From Alphaproteobacteria bacterium (GTDB taxonomy: Bacteria > Pseudomonadota > Alphaproteobacteria > CACIAM-22H2), in assembly GCA_017308135.1 (NCBI GenBank), contig JAFKFM010000010.1, positions 46,296 to 110,295 on the forward strand: a DNA stretch of 64,000 nucleotides, given 5' to 3'. Each line of letters begins with the position of its first letter. Within the stretch, counting starts at the first letter, position 1. The notes below the pieces were generated by a model. It saw nothing but the letters and a program-made list of their open reading frames with translations. It ran no database searches and was not told the origin of the DNA. Shown here in pieces: positions 48,201-58,217 of this stretch. Position numbers and translations under genes: made by a program.

Positions 48201-49259
48201 ATGACGAATGCAGCGACCGGCCGTCGGCCGACCACACTTCAGGATGTCGCTGACGTCGTCGGGCTTACGCCGAACACCGTCTCGCGCGCGCTCAACGATC
48301 GGCCGGGCGTCAATCCGGCGACGCGGGCGTTGATCAAGGCCGAAGCGGAGCGGCTCGGCTACGTCCCCAATGTCCATGCGCGCTCGCTCGTGCTTGGCTC
48401 GCGCAAGACGATCGGTGTCATCGTCTCGAACATCTCGAATCCGTTTTTCTCCGATCTCATCAGCGAGGTCGAGCTGCGTGCGCGCGAGGCGGGTTACACG
48501 GTCGCGCTGCTCTTGTCCTACGAATCCGCGGAACGGGAGCGCGAGGCGATCGATCGCGCACTCCAAGCCGGGTTGGACGGATTGATCGCCGCCCCTGTGC
48601 AGGAACGTTCGAACGCCTGGGCGCCGGTCATCAAGGCGGGCATCCCGCTGGTGCTGGTAAGCCGCGAGTTGCCGGAACTGGGCGTCGATTTCTATTCGAC
48701 CGACAACGAAGCGGGTATTCGTCTGACGACCGACGCCGTCTTGTCGCTGGGTGCCAAGGATGTCGTCCTGATCGACGAGGACATGCCGTTCTCCACCATT
48801 CGGCTGCGCTTGGATGGGTTCCGGAAGTCCCTCGAGCGCCATGGCCTGCCATTCGATCCAAGGCAGAATTTGGCGCTCGTGCCGCCGCCGCGATCGTTTC
48901 GCGTTTCCCAATCGTGGCACGCGGACGACGCCTATCGCGTGGCGAGCGATTTCCTCGATCGCGGCCGCCGGCCCGACGCGTTCGTCGTCGGCGACGATTA
49001 TTACGCGCTCGGCCTTTATCGCGCGCTGCGCGATCGCGGCATTCGCGTGCCCGACGACGTGCTGGTGATGGGGTGGGGCAATCACCCGTTCACGCGCTTC
49101 ATGGAGCCGCCGCTTTCCACGTTGCTGCTTCCGTTCCAGGAAGTCGCGAGCCGCGCGACGCGCCGGCTGCTCGACCGAATCCAAGGGCTGGCCGAGGGCC
49201 CGGTCGTCACCGAGCGTATCGTTCCCGAACTCGTCATCCGCGCATCGACGACGCGTTGA
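48201..49259 (+). CDS. LacI-family transcriptional regulator
   Basis: N-terminal HTH (TLQDVADVVGLTPNTVSRALN) plus periplasmic-binding-fold effector domain. Confidence 0.9.
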   Translation: MTNAATGRRPTTLQDVADVVGLTPNTVSRALNDRPGVNPATRALIKAEAERLGYVPNVHARSLVLGSRKTIGVIVSNISNPFFSDLISEVELRAREAGYTVALLLSYESAEREREAIDRALQAGLDGLIAAPVQERSNAWAPVIKAGIPLVLVSRELPELGVDFYSTDNEAGIRLTTDAVLSLGAKDVVLIDEDMPFSTIRLRLDGFRKSLERHGLPFDPRQNLALVPPPRSFRVSQSWHADDAYRVASDFLDRGRRPDAFVVGDDYYALGLYRALRDRGIRVPDDVLVMGWGNHPFTRFMEPPLSTLLLPFQEVASRATRRLLDRIQGLAEGPVVTERIVPELVIRASTTR

Positions 49260-49418
49260 TCGCTGGCGTGCTGCTCCTTCGCTGAAAGTAATGAAAGATC
49301 ATTATCGTTATTTTTAATGTCTTGTGCTCGAGCTGTGATCATGTGGGCAAATTTTGAATATAATCCAATAAAATCAGCAAAATATAAACGTAATTGACGC
49401 CTCATGTTGTGACATGAC

Positions 49419-49433
49419 ACGATACATTATCGT
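49419..49433. promoter_or_regulatory. LacI-type operator candidate ACGATACATTATCGT, 15 bp upstream of FAD-oxidoreductase start; half-site copy CATTATCGTTAT at 49299..49310
   Basis: Reverse complement of the 48102 site. Embedded in an AT-rich 190-bp leader. Confidence 0.4.
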
Positions 49434-49448
49434 TATTGTAATGAGGCC

Positions 49449-50867
49449 GTGAAAAGCATGACTTCTGAATATTCGGCGACAATCCGAGAGCCTGCCAAGT
49501 ATTTGCGCGTGGCCGGCTATTACGACGTCGTTGTTTGCGGCGGCGGCCCCGCTGGCCTCATCGCGGCCGTCGCGGCGGCGCGCAACGGCGCCAAGACATT
49601 GTTGATCGAGCGCTACGGATTCGTCGGCGGCATGTCGACGAGCGCTTTGGTCACGCCGATCAGCGAATTCCGCCATTTCGGCAAACAGCATATCGGCGGA
49701 ATTCCATTCGAACTGCTGAAGAAGGCGGCCGATCTCGACGGCGCCAACGTGGCGTTGGAAAGCGGCAACTTCCCGGTGAACGACGAGATCCTCAAACTCG
49801 CCGCGCAGCGCCTGCTGCTCGAAAGCGGCGTGACGCTGCTCTATCACTCCTGGTTCTCGGATTGCGTGATGGCGGATGGCCGCGTCACGCATGTCGTCGT
49901 GCAAAACAAATCCGGCCGCGTGGCCTATGCCGCGCGCGTATTCGTCGACTGCACCGGCGACGCCGATCTCGTGCGCGCGGCCGGCTTCCCGACCGTGAAG
50001 GGCGATGTGCTGCAGCCGGCGACGTTGTGGTTCCAACTCGGCGGTGTGGATACCGACGCACTCGACTATTTGTTCCGCGACGCGGTCGACGGAATGCTTC
50101 CCGTTTCGGCGATCATCCGCAACCGGCTGCTCGAGCTCAACGCGCGCAAAGAAATCCCGATCTTCGGCGGCCCTTGGATCAACAAGTTCTTCCGCAACGG
50201 CATGGTGAGCATCAACTTGCTCCGCGAGGCTACGGACGCCAGCGATCCGGAATGGTTCACGCGGACCGAATGCAGTCTGCGCGAAAACCTCCATCTGATG
50301 ATCGACGTATTGCGCCGTGAATTTCCGGAATTCCGGAATTGCTGGCTGGCGAAATCGGGAATTCAGACCGGCGTGCGGGAGTCCTATCACATCGTCGGTC
50401 TCTACCAGCTTCAGAAGGACGACATTCTCGTCCCCAAGGCGTTCCCTGACACGATCGCGAAGGGGGCCCATGTTATCGACATCCATTCCAGCAGCAGCAA
50501 CGAACAAGATGGTCTCGTCGTGCCGCGTCAGGAATACAACGTGCCGCTCCGCTGCTTGGTGCCGCAAGGCAGCATCAATCTCGTGACGGCGGGCCGCTGC
50601 CTCAGCGCCGACGGGCCCGGCTTTGGTTCGGTCCGCGTGATGGCGACCTGCATGGCGATGGGACAGGGCGCGGGAACGGCGGCGGCGCTCGCGGTCAGTC
50701 ACGGCTACAGCATGTCGGCGATGAACTTCCAGCATCTGCGCGACACGCTGATCGCGCAAGGCGCCGTCGTCGATTTCGACAACGTCGTCAATCCGCAAGC
50801 GCCGATCGAGATTGTCGACTATCCGGCGGTCGGGAAAGCGCAGGCGGCCGCATTGGAAACCACGTAA
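49449..50867 (+). CDS. FAD-dependent oxidoreductase (FAD_oxidored / GidA-like fold family)
   Basis: DVVVCGGGPAGLIAAVAAA dinucleotide-binding motif, 472 aa. Paralogous to 56635..58053. Confidence 0.8.
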   Translation: MKSMTSEYSATIREPAKYLRVAGYYDVVVCGGGPAGLIAAVAAARNGAKTLLIERYGFVGGMSTSALVTPISEFRHFGKQHIGGIPFELLKKAADLDGANVALESGNFPVNDEILKLAAQRLLLESGVTLLYHSWFSDCVMADGRVTHVVVQNKSGRVAYAARVFVDCTGDADLVRAAGFPTVKGDVLQPATLWFQLGGVDTDALDYLFRDAVDGMLPVSAIIRNRLLELNARKEIPIFGGPWINKFFRNGMVSINLLREATDASDPEWFTRTECSLRENLHLMIDVLRREFPEFRNCWLAKSGIQTGVRESYHIVGLYQLQKDDILVPKAFPDTIAKGAHVIDIHSSSSNEQDGLVVPRQEYNVPLRCLVPQGSINLVTAGRCLSADGPGFGSVRVMATCMAMGQGAGTAAALAVSHGYSMSAMNFQHLRDTLIAQGAVVDFDNVVNPQAPIEIVDYPAVGKAQAAALETT

Positions 50868-50886
50868 CGGGCCGAGGCGCCCCGAC

Positions 50887-51696
50887 TTGTTTCGCGTGGT
50901 CCAGATTTCCGATACCCATATCGGGCGCGACCGTGCGCGTTTCGCACGTAATTGGGCGTCGTTGCGCGAGTGGATCGATGCGCAACAGCCGGATGCGGTT
51001 CATCATTGTGGCGACCTCACGTTGGACGGTGCGGACAATGAGGCCGATTTCGAGCTTTGCGCGCAGCTTGCCGGTACGTTGACGGCGCCGTTTCGGGCCG
51101 TTCCCGGCAATCACGATATCGGCATGCCGTGCAACGCTCGACAGATCGTCGACGATGTGCGGCTCGCGCGTTGGCGCCGTTATCTCGGCGCCGATCGATG
51201 GTTTCTCGACGCCGAGGACTGGCGTCTGATGGGCTTGAATACGATGCTTCTGGGCAGCGGTCGGGCCGAGGAAGAAGATCAGTATTCCTGGCTCGAAGCA
51301 CGCATGGCGGAGGCGGGGCCGCGCAGGATCGCCTGGTTCTGCCACCAGCCGCTTTTCATCCATGGCTTCGACGATGGCGACAACGGCTATTGGTCGGTGG
51401 TCCCGGAACCCCGTTCCCGCCTTGAGGCTTTGTCGAAGCGCTTCGATATCGGCTTGGTTTGTAGCGGGCATTTGCATCGTGAACGCCATGCGACGATCGG
51501 CGACACGCAATATGTTTGGTGCCCGTCGACGTCGTTCACGGTCGGGGACGCGCAGTCGCATTTACCGGGGACGGCGGTTCTCGGCGCCGCCATCCTCGAA
51601 TTCGATGGGCGCGCATTGCGGGTCCAGCAGGTCCGGCTGCCGAAGTTGCCGCATGTCTGGATCGAAGACGTGGCGGCCGAAATCTATCCGCGCTGA
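50887..51696 (+). CDS. Metallophosphoesterase (calcineurin-like)
   Basis: QISDTHIG, GDLT, GNHD motifs. The start is probably TTG at 50887 or GTG at 50896. Confidence 0.7.
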   Translation: MFRVVQISDTHIGRDRARFARNWASLREWIDAQQPDAVHHCGDLTLDGADNEADFELCAQLAGTLTAPFRAVPGNHDIGMPCNARQIVDDVRLARWRRYLGADRWFLDAEDWRLMGLNTMLLGSGRAEEEDQYSWLEARMAEAGPRRIAWFCHQPLFIHGFDDGDNGYWSVVPEPRSRLEALSKRFDIGLVCSGHLHRERHATIGDTQYVWCPSTSFTVGDAQSHLPGTAVLGAAILEFDGRALRVQQVRLPKLPHVWIEDVAAEIYPR

Positions 51697-53421
51697 TCAG
51701 ATGCCATCCGAAAGGATTTGATCGGCGATCTTCTCGCCGATCATAATCGTCGACACGTTCGTGTTGGCGCGCGGCACGGTCGGCATGATGGAGGCGTCGG
51801 CGACGCGCAAGTTCGCGATTCCGCGCACGCGGCCGGCGGGATCGACGACCGCCAGGCGGTCGTCGGCGGCACCCATGCGGCACGTACCGCAGGCGTGCCA
51901 GTTGCCGAGCACCGTTCGCGCGATCCAATCGTCGAGCATCGCGTCGTCCGTCGCCATCGCGTGGATGTCGTCGCCTTGCGGAAACGCGAGGCGCATGAGC
52001 GAACGGCGCGCGATCGCGCTGGCGTCGAGCGCGCCGGCGCCAAGCGTCAGGATCGCGTCGCCGATCGGTCCGGCGGATCGCAATGTGCGCAGGAAATCGG
52101 TATAGGCGCCGGCGAAGACCTGATGGCTGACGCGCCGGACGTGATCGCTCGTCAGCATCCGGTGGACGAAGCGCACGCCGTCGCGCATACGCTGCCGATC
52201 GCGCCCGTCGCCGAGCAGATTGAACGCGACGAACGGTTCGTCTTGCGCATCGGCGCTGCGCAGTTTCACGTAGCCTCGCGAGAAGGCCTTGTCGGGCCCG
52301 ACGCGTACGACCGCGAACTGATCGCCGATGGCGCTGGGATCGAAGCGGTTCGCAACCGAGAGCTTCATGTCTTGTGCCGGGCAGTCGGCAAGATGCGAAC
52401 TGAAGCGCGCATAGATCAAAAACGGATTTCGATGCCGCGGATTCATCCGGCCTTCGGGCTTCAAGTGAATGCCGATCCCGACAAGCGGATGATCCTGCAG
52501 ATTGCCGCCGACACCCGGCAGATCGGCCACGGGCGCGATGCCAAGCGCTTTGAGTTCCTCGGCCGAGCCAACGCCGGAGCGCAGCAGCAGGGCGGGGGAA
52601 TGGATGGCGCCGGCGGAAACGATGATCTCCCGCGCTTCGATCCGGCGCGGCGCGCCAGCGATTTGCGCGTGAACGGCGACGGCGCGGTGCCCGTCGAATT
52701 CGATGCGTGCCACGGCCGCATCGGCGACGACGGTCAAATTGGGCCGCAAGCGCGCGGCGTTGTCGAGATACGCGACCGCCGTCGTCACGCGCCGCCCATA
52801 GATGTTGTTGCGCGGGAACGGAAAGCAACCGTCGCCGGGCTCCGCATTGGCGTCGTCGTGATAGGCGACGCCGGCATCGGCTAGCGCGTCGCGGAATGCC
52901 AAGGCGAAGCCGCCCCAATCCTTTGGAAAGGTTCTGCGGATCGGAAACGGCCCTTCGCTGCCATGCAGCGGGCCGGTGAAATCCATGTCGCGTTCGAGCT
53001 TGCGGAAATAGGGAAGGCATTCGCGCCAGTTCCAACCATCGGCCCCCATCTGCGCCCATTCGTCGTAATCCGCAGGAATGCCACGCAACGCGATCTGACC
53101 GTTGACGCTCGATCCGCCGCCCATGACGCGCGCTTGCTCGTAACGCATCGGCTGCATCTCGGCGGCGATCTCGGCCATGGAGCGATTGCCGATCGGGCCT
53201 CGGAATACGGTGAGATCGGTCCAATACCGGCTCGGATCGAAGTAATCGGGGAGGTACTGCGCGCTGGAGATTGTTTCCGGCACCGATTCGGGCGGCGTAT
53301 CGGGGCCGGCCTCGAGCAGGCAGACGCGATATCGCCCGTTTGCGGAAAGTCGATTGGCGACGACGCATCCGGCCGATCCGCCGCCAACGACCAGAAAATC
53401 GTATCGATCAGAGTTGTTCAC
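51697..53421 (-). CDS. GMC-family oxidoreductase (choline-dehydrogenase-like)
   Basis: YDFLVVGGGSAGCVVANRLS N-terminus, GMC signature regions, 574 aa. Confidence 0.9.
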   Translation of the reverse strand: MNNSDRYDFLVVGGGSAGCVVANRLSANGRYRVCLLEAGPDTPPESVPETISSAQYLPDYFDPSRYWTDLTVFRGPIGNRSMAEIAAEMQPMRYEQARVMGGGSSVNGQIALRGIPADYDEWAQMGADGWNWRECLPYFRKLERDMDFTGPLHGSEGPFPIRRTFPKDWGGFALAFRDALADAGVAYHDDANAEPGDGCFPFPRNNIYGRRVTTAVAYLDNAARLRPNLTVVADAAVARIEFDGHRAVAVHAQIAGAPRRIEAREIIVSAGAIHSPALLLRSGVGSAEELKALGIAPVADLPGVGGNLQDHPLVGIGIHLKPEGRMNPRHRNPFLIYARFSSHLADCPAQDMKLSVANRFDPSAIGDQFAVVRVGPDKAFSRGYVKLRSADAQDEPFVAFNLLGDGRDRQRMRDGVRFVHRMLTSDHVRRVSHQVFAGAYTDFLRTLRSAGPIGDAILTLGAGALDASAIARRSLMRLAFPQGDDIHAMATDDAMLDDWIARTVLGNWHACGTCRMGAADDRLAVVDPAGRVRGIANLRVADASIMPTVPRANTNVSTIMIGEKIADQILSDGI

Positions 53422-53477
53422 CGGCCTATCCCGCTAACGCATTGATTTTCCGTCGAACGATTTATATCTCCAAATAA

Positions 53478-53495
53478 AAAATTACAACGTTGACA
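53478..53495. promoter_or_regulatory. 18-bp motif AAAATTACAACGTTGACA (contains 8-bp palindrome CAACGTTG), copy A
   Basis: An identical 18-mer recurs at 58124..58141. Both lie in divergent promoter gaps of the same locus, and one is directly upstream of the GntR gene. Confidence 0.45.
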
Positions 53496-53551
53496 TTTTG
53501 TGCGGGCGCGATAATTTAAGCCTCGGTTCCAAGCCATCGCGGAGCGCGCGC

Positions 53552-54319
53552 ATGACGAACACGCTGGACGATCTTCCGCCGGACGATGCGGCGCTTTCCG
53601 GCCGATTGGCGAGCGCCGTCTACGAGCAGATCGAGCGTCTGATCCGCCGCGGCGAGTTTCCCAAAGACGTGAAGCTGCCGCCAGAATCGGAACTCGCGCG
53701 CCGCTTCGGCGTTTCGCGGCCCGTGGTGCGCGAAGCGTTGGCGCGTTTGCGCGACGAAGGAATTATCCGCTCGCAGAAGGGGGCGGGGTCCTTTGTCATC
53801 CGGGGCATGACGCCGAGCGCCACGGCGCTGCCCACGATCCGCACCGTCGCGGATCTGCTGCGCTATTACGAATATCGCATCGATGTGGAGGCGGCGACCG
53901 CGGGTTTGGCGGCGGAGCGACGTGGCGCGGACGACGTGGCGGAGATGGCGAAGGTTCTGGCGGGCGCGGAGGAGATGCTCCGCCAAGGCCAGTATCTGCT
54001 GCTGTCGGACGCGAACTTCGCGTTCCATCGCTCTGTCGCGCAGCTGACGCGCAATCCGTTCTATGTCCGCACGCTGGAGATCATGCCGAATTTCATCGGC
54101 CGGAATCCCTTCGATCTCGTGACGTCGGACCGGAGCAATAACGAAGCCCATCTTTGGCGTATCCATCGCGAGCATGTCGCGATCTTCACCGCGATCGAGG
54201 CGGGTGATCCCGCGCGCGCGCGGGTCGAAATGCAGCGGCACATTCTTGCCGCGCGCGACGAGGTTCTAAATCGTCAGGCGCTCATGCAGAAGCTGCAGAT
54301 CGATCTGCCGAAGATGTGA
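53552..54319 (+). CDS. GntR-family transcriptional regulator (FCD subfamily)
   Basis: Start MTNTLDDLPP. wHTH (LPPESELARRFGVSRPVVREALARL) plus FCD domain. Confidence 0.85.
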   Translation: MTNTLDDLPPDDAALSGRLASAVYEQIERLIRRGEFPKDVKLPPESELARRFGVSRPVVREALARLRDEGIIRSQKGAGSFVIRGMTPSATALPTIRTVADLLRYYEYRIDVEAATAGLAAERRGADDVAEMAKVLAGAEEMLRQGQYLLLSDANFAFHRSVAQLTRNPFYVRTLEIMPNFIGRNPFDLVTSDRSNNEAHLWRIHREHVAIFTAIEAGDPARARVEMQRHILAARDEVLNRQALMQKLQIDLPKM

Positions 54320-54377
54320 CGGCGCCGGCCACGTCGGGCCGATCGACGAAAACAAAACGCAAAAACGGGAGGATAGA

Positions 54378-55640
54378 ATGCTGACGAGGCGTAACGCTCT
54401 TATCGGGGCGGCGGGGGCTGCGAGCATCGCAAGTTTTCGCGTCAAAGCGACGGAAAAAATCTCGATCGTATCGCACGCCGTCCATCGAAACGCTGCGACG
54501 ACCGGGCTTGGCGGCGACGTGACCGCGCCGTGGTGCGCCGCGAACAACGCGACGCTGGAATGGCTGACATTCGGCGTCGAAGCGACCAACGAACGCGCGT
54601 TGCGCGAGGCGAGTCTCGGCGAGAGCAGCATCAGCCTTGCCTTCGTGCTCAACGGTCTCATCTCGCCGCAATCCGCGCGGTTGTTCGAGGATCTGGGCGA
54701 ATGGCAGGCGCGTGATCCGATCGCCGCATTCGACGAGATTCCCAAAGCGTTGCTCGCGACCCATCTCTATGACGGCGTGTTGCGCGCAATGCCGTTCCGG
54801 CACGCGACGCACGGGCTGCATTACAACGCCGATATCTTCGCCGAACGCGGAATTGCCGGGCCGCCCAAGACGATAGAGGAAGCGATCTCGAGCGCCGAAA
54901 AGCTGAGCTTCGAGCGCGGCGATGGCACGCGGGTCAACGGCCTTGCCCTCATCATGGAGGATATCGGCTGTCTGATGGATTGGATTCGCGGCTTCGGCGG
55001 TGACTTCATCACCGCGGACATGAAGGTCGTGATCGACCAGCCCGCCGCGGTGCGCGCCGTGACGTTGCTGCGCGATTTCATGCGCAAGAACGTGCTGCCG
55101 CGCAACACGATGAACTTCAAGAACGAGGACGTTATCAGCGCCATGCAGCAGGGGCGAGCCGCGATGACGAACGGGCCGTTCGGGCGTTTTCAGACCTTCA
55201 ACGATCCGAAGGCGAGTAAGTATCCGGGCCGTATTCTGCCCGTATCATTGCCGAAGGGCTTCGACGGCAATCCGATGCCGGCGAAAACGTCGATGTGGGC
55301 GATGGCGATCCCGCGCAACGCCAAGAACAAGGCGCTCGCCTGGAGCTTGCTCAAGCATCTCAGCGCGCCGGAAAGCACGATCCTCGCGACGTTGAACGGC
55401 AACGGTCCGGTCCGGCCGTCGGCCTATGACGACGCGCGCGTACAGAAGCTGCTGCCCTACGCGTCGGCCGAACGCGAAGCGCTGGCGTCGGCACGCTTGA
55501 TCACGCCGAGCTTCCCCAACGCGCAACGCGCGATGGACGCGTTGATGGAGGAAGTCGGCCTTGCTCTGCTCGGCCGCAAGGAGCCTCAAGCGGCATTGAC
55601 CGACACGAAGAACCGCGTCGTTCCGCTGCTGGCGGGATGA
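54378..55640 (+). CDS. Sugar ABC substrate-binding protein, family 1
   Basis: 420 aa with an N-terminal signal/Tat-like segment (MLTRRNALIGAAGAASIASF). Confidence 0.8.
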   Translation: MLTRRNALIGAAGAASIASFRVKATEKISIVSHAVHRNAATTGLGGDVTAPWCAANNATLEWLTFGVEATNERALREASLGESSISLAFVLNGLISPQSARLFEDLGEWQARDPIAAFDEIPKALLATHLYDGVLRAMPFRHATHGLHYNADIFAERGIAGPPKTIEEAISSAEKLSFERGDGTRVNGLALIMEDIGCLMDWIRGFGGDFITADMKVVIDQPAAVRAVTLLRDFMRKNVLPRNTMNFKNEDVISAMQQGRAAMTNGPFGRFQTFNDPKASKYPGRILPVSLPKGFDGNPMPAKTSMWAMAIPRNAKNKALAWSLLKHLSAPESTILATLNGNGPVRPSAYDDARVQKLLPYASAEREALASARLITPSFPNAQRAMDALMEEVGLALLGRKEPQAALTDTKNRVVPLLAG

Positions 55641-55645
55641 CGCGT

Positions 55646-55680
55646 AAAGCGGCGGGCGCCGTGTGCGTCCGCCGCCTTTT
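55646..55680. terminator. Bidirectional rho-independent terminator AAAGCGGCGGG-loop-CCGCCGCTTTTCG
   Basis: 10-bp GC stem flanked by an A-run and a T-run, between convergent genes ending at 55640 (+) and 55685 (-). Confidence 0.55.
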
Positions 55681-55684
55681 CGCC

Positions 55685-56611
55685 TTAAGTGAGGTTCGTC
55701 AATTTCGCGGCGATGCTCGCGAAACAGGCGGCGGTCAACGCCTCGAATCCTTCAATCGATGCGCCGCCGATATGGGGCGTGGCCAGTACGCCCGGTTGAT
55801 GGGCGATCGCCGCTTCGGGTAGCGGTTCCACCGTGAAGTTGTCGAAACTCGCAGCCGCAAGACGACCGTCGCGTACCGCGTCGCGCGCGGCACGCTCATC
55901 CACCACATCCGCGCGCGCGATCGACACGAGGACGGCGCCGCGTTTCATGCGGGCGATCTGTGCCGCATCGACGGCACCGCGCGTCCTGGCATTGGACGGG
56001 AGCGACACGCAAACGATATCCGCGCTTGCCATGACATCGTCGATCGACAGAGGGCCGCGTATCGCGTCGGAAACGCCGTCGGGTCTGCGCAGATCGTGGA
56101 AGGTGACTCGGACGTCGAACGGGGCCAGCAAGTTCGTGAGGTCGCGGCCGATTGCACCGAACCCGAGCAGCCCGATGGTCTTGCCCGTCAATCGGCGATG
56201 CGGCAATCCCGGACGCGCCGTCAACCAGGTGCCGCGTGACCAGGCGACGGCGATATCCGGCAGATGGCGCAGCGCCGAAAGTATGGCAAGTAAAAGGAAT
56301 TCGGAGACGCTACGCGTATTGGCGCCGGGCAACTCCGCGGTCGCGACGCCGCGCCGCTCGACGGCGACAACATCGATATTGTCGCGCCCCGTTCCCCAAC
56401 GTTGGATCAGGCGCAGGCGAGGGGCCGCGTCGAGCAGCGCCTCGGGCACCGGCTGCGTGCCGACGACGAGTGCTTCGAGCGCGCCAAGACGTTCGGGCGT
56501 CTTAAAATCCGGATCCAAGAATTCGATTTCGAGATCGGACGGGCAGGCGGCGGCAATATGCCGCCGCCCTTCCGCCGGCAGATCGAGGGCGAACCCGATC
56601 CTGTGCTTCAC
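55685..56611 (-). CDS. D-isomer-specific 2-hydroxyacid dehydrogenase family protein
   Basis: GLLGFGAIGRDL NAD-binding motif and catalytic R/E/H context. Probable GTG start (VKHRIGFALD). Confidence 0.8.
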   Translation of the reverse strand: MKHRIGFALDLPAEGRRHIAAACPSDLEIEFLDPDFKTPERLGALEALVVGTQPVPEALLDAAPRLRLIQRWGTGRDNIDVVAVERRGVATAELPGANTRSVSEFLLLAILSALRHLPDIAVAWSRGTWLTARPGLPHRRLTGKTIGLLGFGAIGRDLTNLLAPFDVRVTFHDLRRPDGVSDAIRGPLSIDDVMASADIVCVSLPSNARTRGAVDAAQIARMKRGAVLVSIARADVVDERAARDAVRDGRLAAASFDNFTVEPLPEAAIAHQPGVLATPHIGGASIEGFEALTAACFASIAAKLTNLT

Positions 56612-56634
56612 GCGTGAAGGCTCCAGCGCGCGCG

Positions 56635-58053
56635 TCAGATCTTCGCGCCTTGCGCGGTCAACGCGGCTTGCAGATCGCCGATCGGCACTTTGCGCGCCTG
56701 AATCTTGCGGTCCGCAGCAATCGCGGCGGCGACGCCCGCCGCTTGCCCGGTGACGATGCACCCGGCCTGCTGGCGCACGGAGCCGCACGCCACGCGATCA
56801 GCGGAGACACAACGGCCGGCGACAAGGAGCCCGTCGACCGATTCCGGCACCAAGATGCGGTAGGGGATTTGGTAGAGACGCCCGCCCCGGATCGCCGACA
56901 TGCGGGTCGTGTTGCTGCCGTCGATGCTATGTACGTCGACGGTGGCGCCGCAATAGCCGATGCTATCGGCGAAGCTGCGCGCGTCCAGCACGTCCTCGCC
57001 CGTTAGCATGTATTCGCCGACGATGCGCCGCGTTTCGCGCACGCCGACATTATCGGCGATCTGCAGCACGAAGGAGTTTTCGTAGCCGGGCACGTATTTC
57101 TTGTAGAACTCACCGATCTTCAGCGTGAAGTCGCGCATCGATCCGATCGCTTCGCTCAGCGTTTTGTTGTCGGTCGCGTCAACCTTGTAGGCCATGTCGA
57201 CGTTATGCATGGTCGTGTCGCTGACGACTCGGCCATTGCGGAAGATCGGGCGCAGGATATTGTTATGCGCACGGGGATTGAGCGTGGTTGATCCGAAGGC
57301 GGTCGGATAGTCGCCCGCCTGCGCCGCGGCTTCGCGCAAGCGCGGAAAGCCCGGAATCGTCAGCGGTTTGCCTTCGGCGAACAGCATTTTCAGTTTGCGC
57401 ATATAGCCTTCGGAGAATTCCTCTCGGCCGCTGCAGGCGTAGTCGACGGTTTTGGCAAGGTCCACGCCGCCCATCAGGAAGTAGAGCGTGATCGGCTGCA
57501 CGTAGGTCGGGTCGCCGTTCTCGCCTTGCTCGTAGCGTGCACCCGCCAGCCAAGCGACATGACCGTCGCCGGTCGCGTCGATGACGACGTCGGCCGCGAT
57601 CTCGTTGCCGTAATTCGCCTTGATGCCGGTCACGCGATTGCCGTCGCGCATGATGGCCGTCACCTTTGTGTGGTACTCGATCGACACGCCCGCCTCGCGG
57701 CACATCTTGTCGATGACGACCTTCATGATCTCCGGGTCGAACGCGACGCGGATCGTGGCTTTACCTTTTTCGCCATAGGCGCCGCCGGCGGCGACGAGAC
57801 GATCAATCATCTCCTGCGCGATGCCTTGCACGACCTGATCGCCGGAGTAGGAAGTCTCCATCTCGACCAGGGTCTCCTGATCGCGCCAGGGCTGATGGCG
57901 CAGCGAAACGATCCCGGGAACGAGTCCGCCCGTCATGGTGCCACCCAGATAGCTCGATTGTTCGAGCAAGGTCGCATGCGCACCCGCGCGTGCGGCCGCG
58001 ATCGCGGCGGCAAATCCGCTGGTTCCCCCGCCGACCACCACAACTTCAGACAT
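56635..58053 (-). CDS. FAD-dependent oxidoreductase (FAD_oxidored family), paralogue of 49449..50867
   Basis: Start MSEVVVVGGGTSGFAAAIAAARAGA (cat at 58051-58053). The 537-aa track ORF includes a 65-codon upstream read-through. Confidence 0.8.
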   Translation of the reverse strand: MSEVVVVGGGTSGFAAAIAAARAGAHATLLEQSSYLGGTMTGGLVPGIVSLRHQPWRDQETLVEMETSYSGDQVVQGIAQEMIDRLVAAGGAYGEKGKATIRVAFDPEIMKVVIDKMCREAGVSIEYHTKVTAIMRDGNRVTGIKANYGNEIAADVVIDATGDGHVAWLAGARYEQGENGDPTYVQPITLYFLMGGVDLAKTVDYACSGREEFSEGYMRKLKMLFAEGKPLTIPGFPRLREAAAQAGDYPTAFGSTTLNPRAHNNILRPIFRNGRVVSDTTMHNVDMAYKVDATDNKTLSEAIGSMRDFTLKIGEFYKKYVPGYENSFVLQIADNVGVRETRRIVGEYMLTGEDVLDARSFADSIGYCGATVDVHSIDGSNTTRMSAIRGGRLYQIPYRILVPESVDGLLVAGRCVSADRVACGSVRQQAGCIVTGQAAGVAAAIAADRKIQARKVPIGDLQAALTAQGAKI

Positions 58054-58123
58054 CGTCTCGATCTCCCATGAAAGCAAATGGCCGGTCGAATGCCGGCCGC
58101 ATGAACTTACAAGGCTATAATTC

Positions 58124-58141
58124 AAAATTACAACGTTGACA
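58124..58141. promoter_or_regulatory. 18-bp motif AAAATTACAACGTTGACA, copy B
   Basis: Identical to 53478..53495. Lies in the divergent gap between the FAD-oxidoreductase (-) and ABC permease (+) genes. Confidence 0.45.
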
Positions 58142-58217
58142 ACATAGATTCGAAGATTTACACAAGCGCATCTGCCGCGCACGCAGAGGGGAGCGACGTG
58201 AGACGAACAAATCAAAG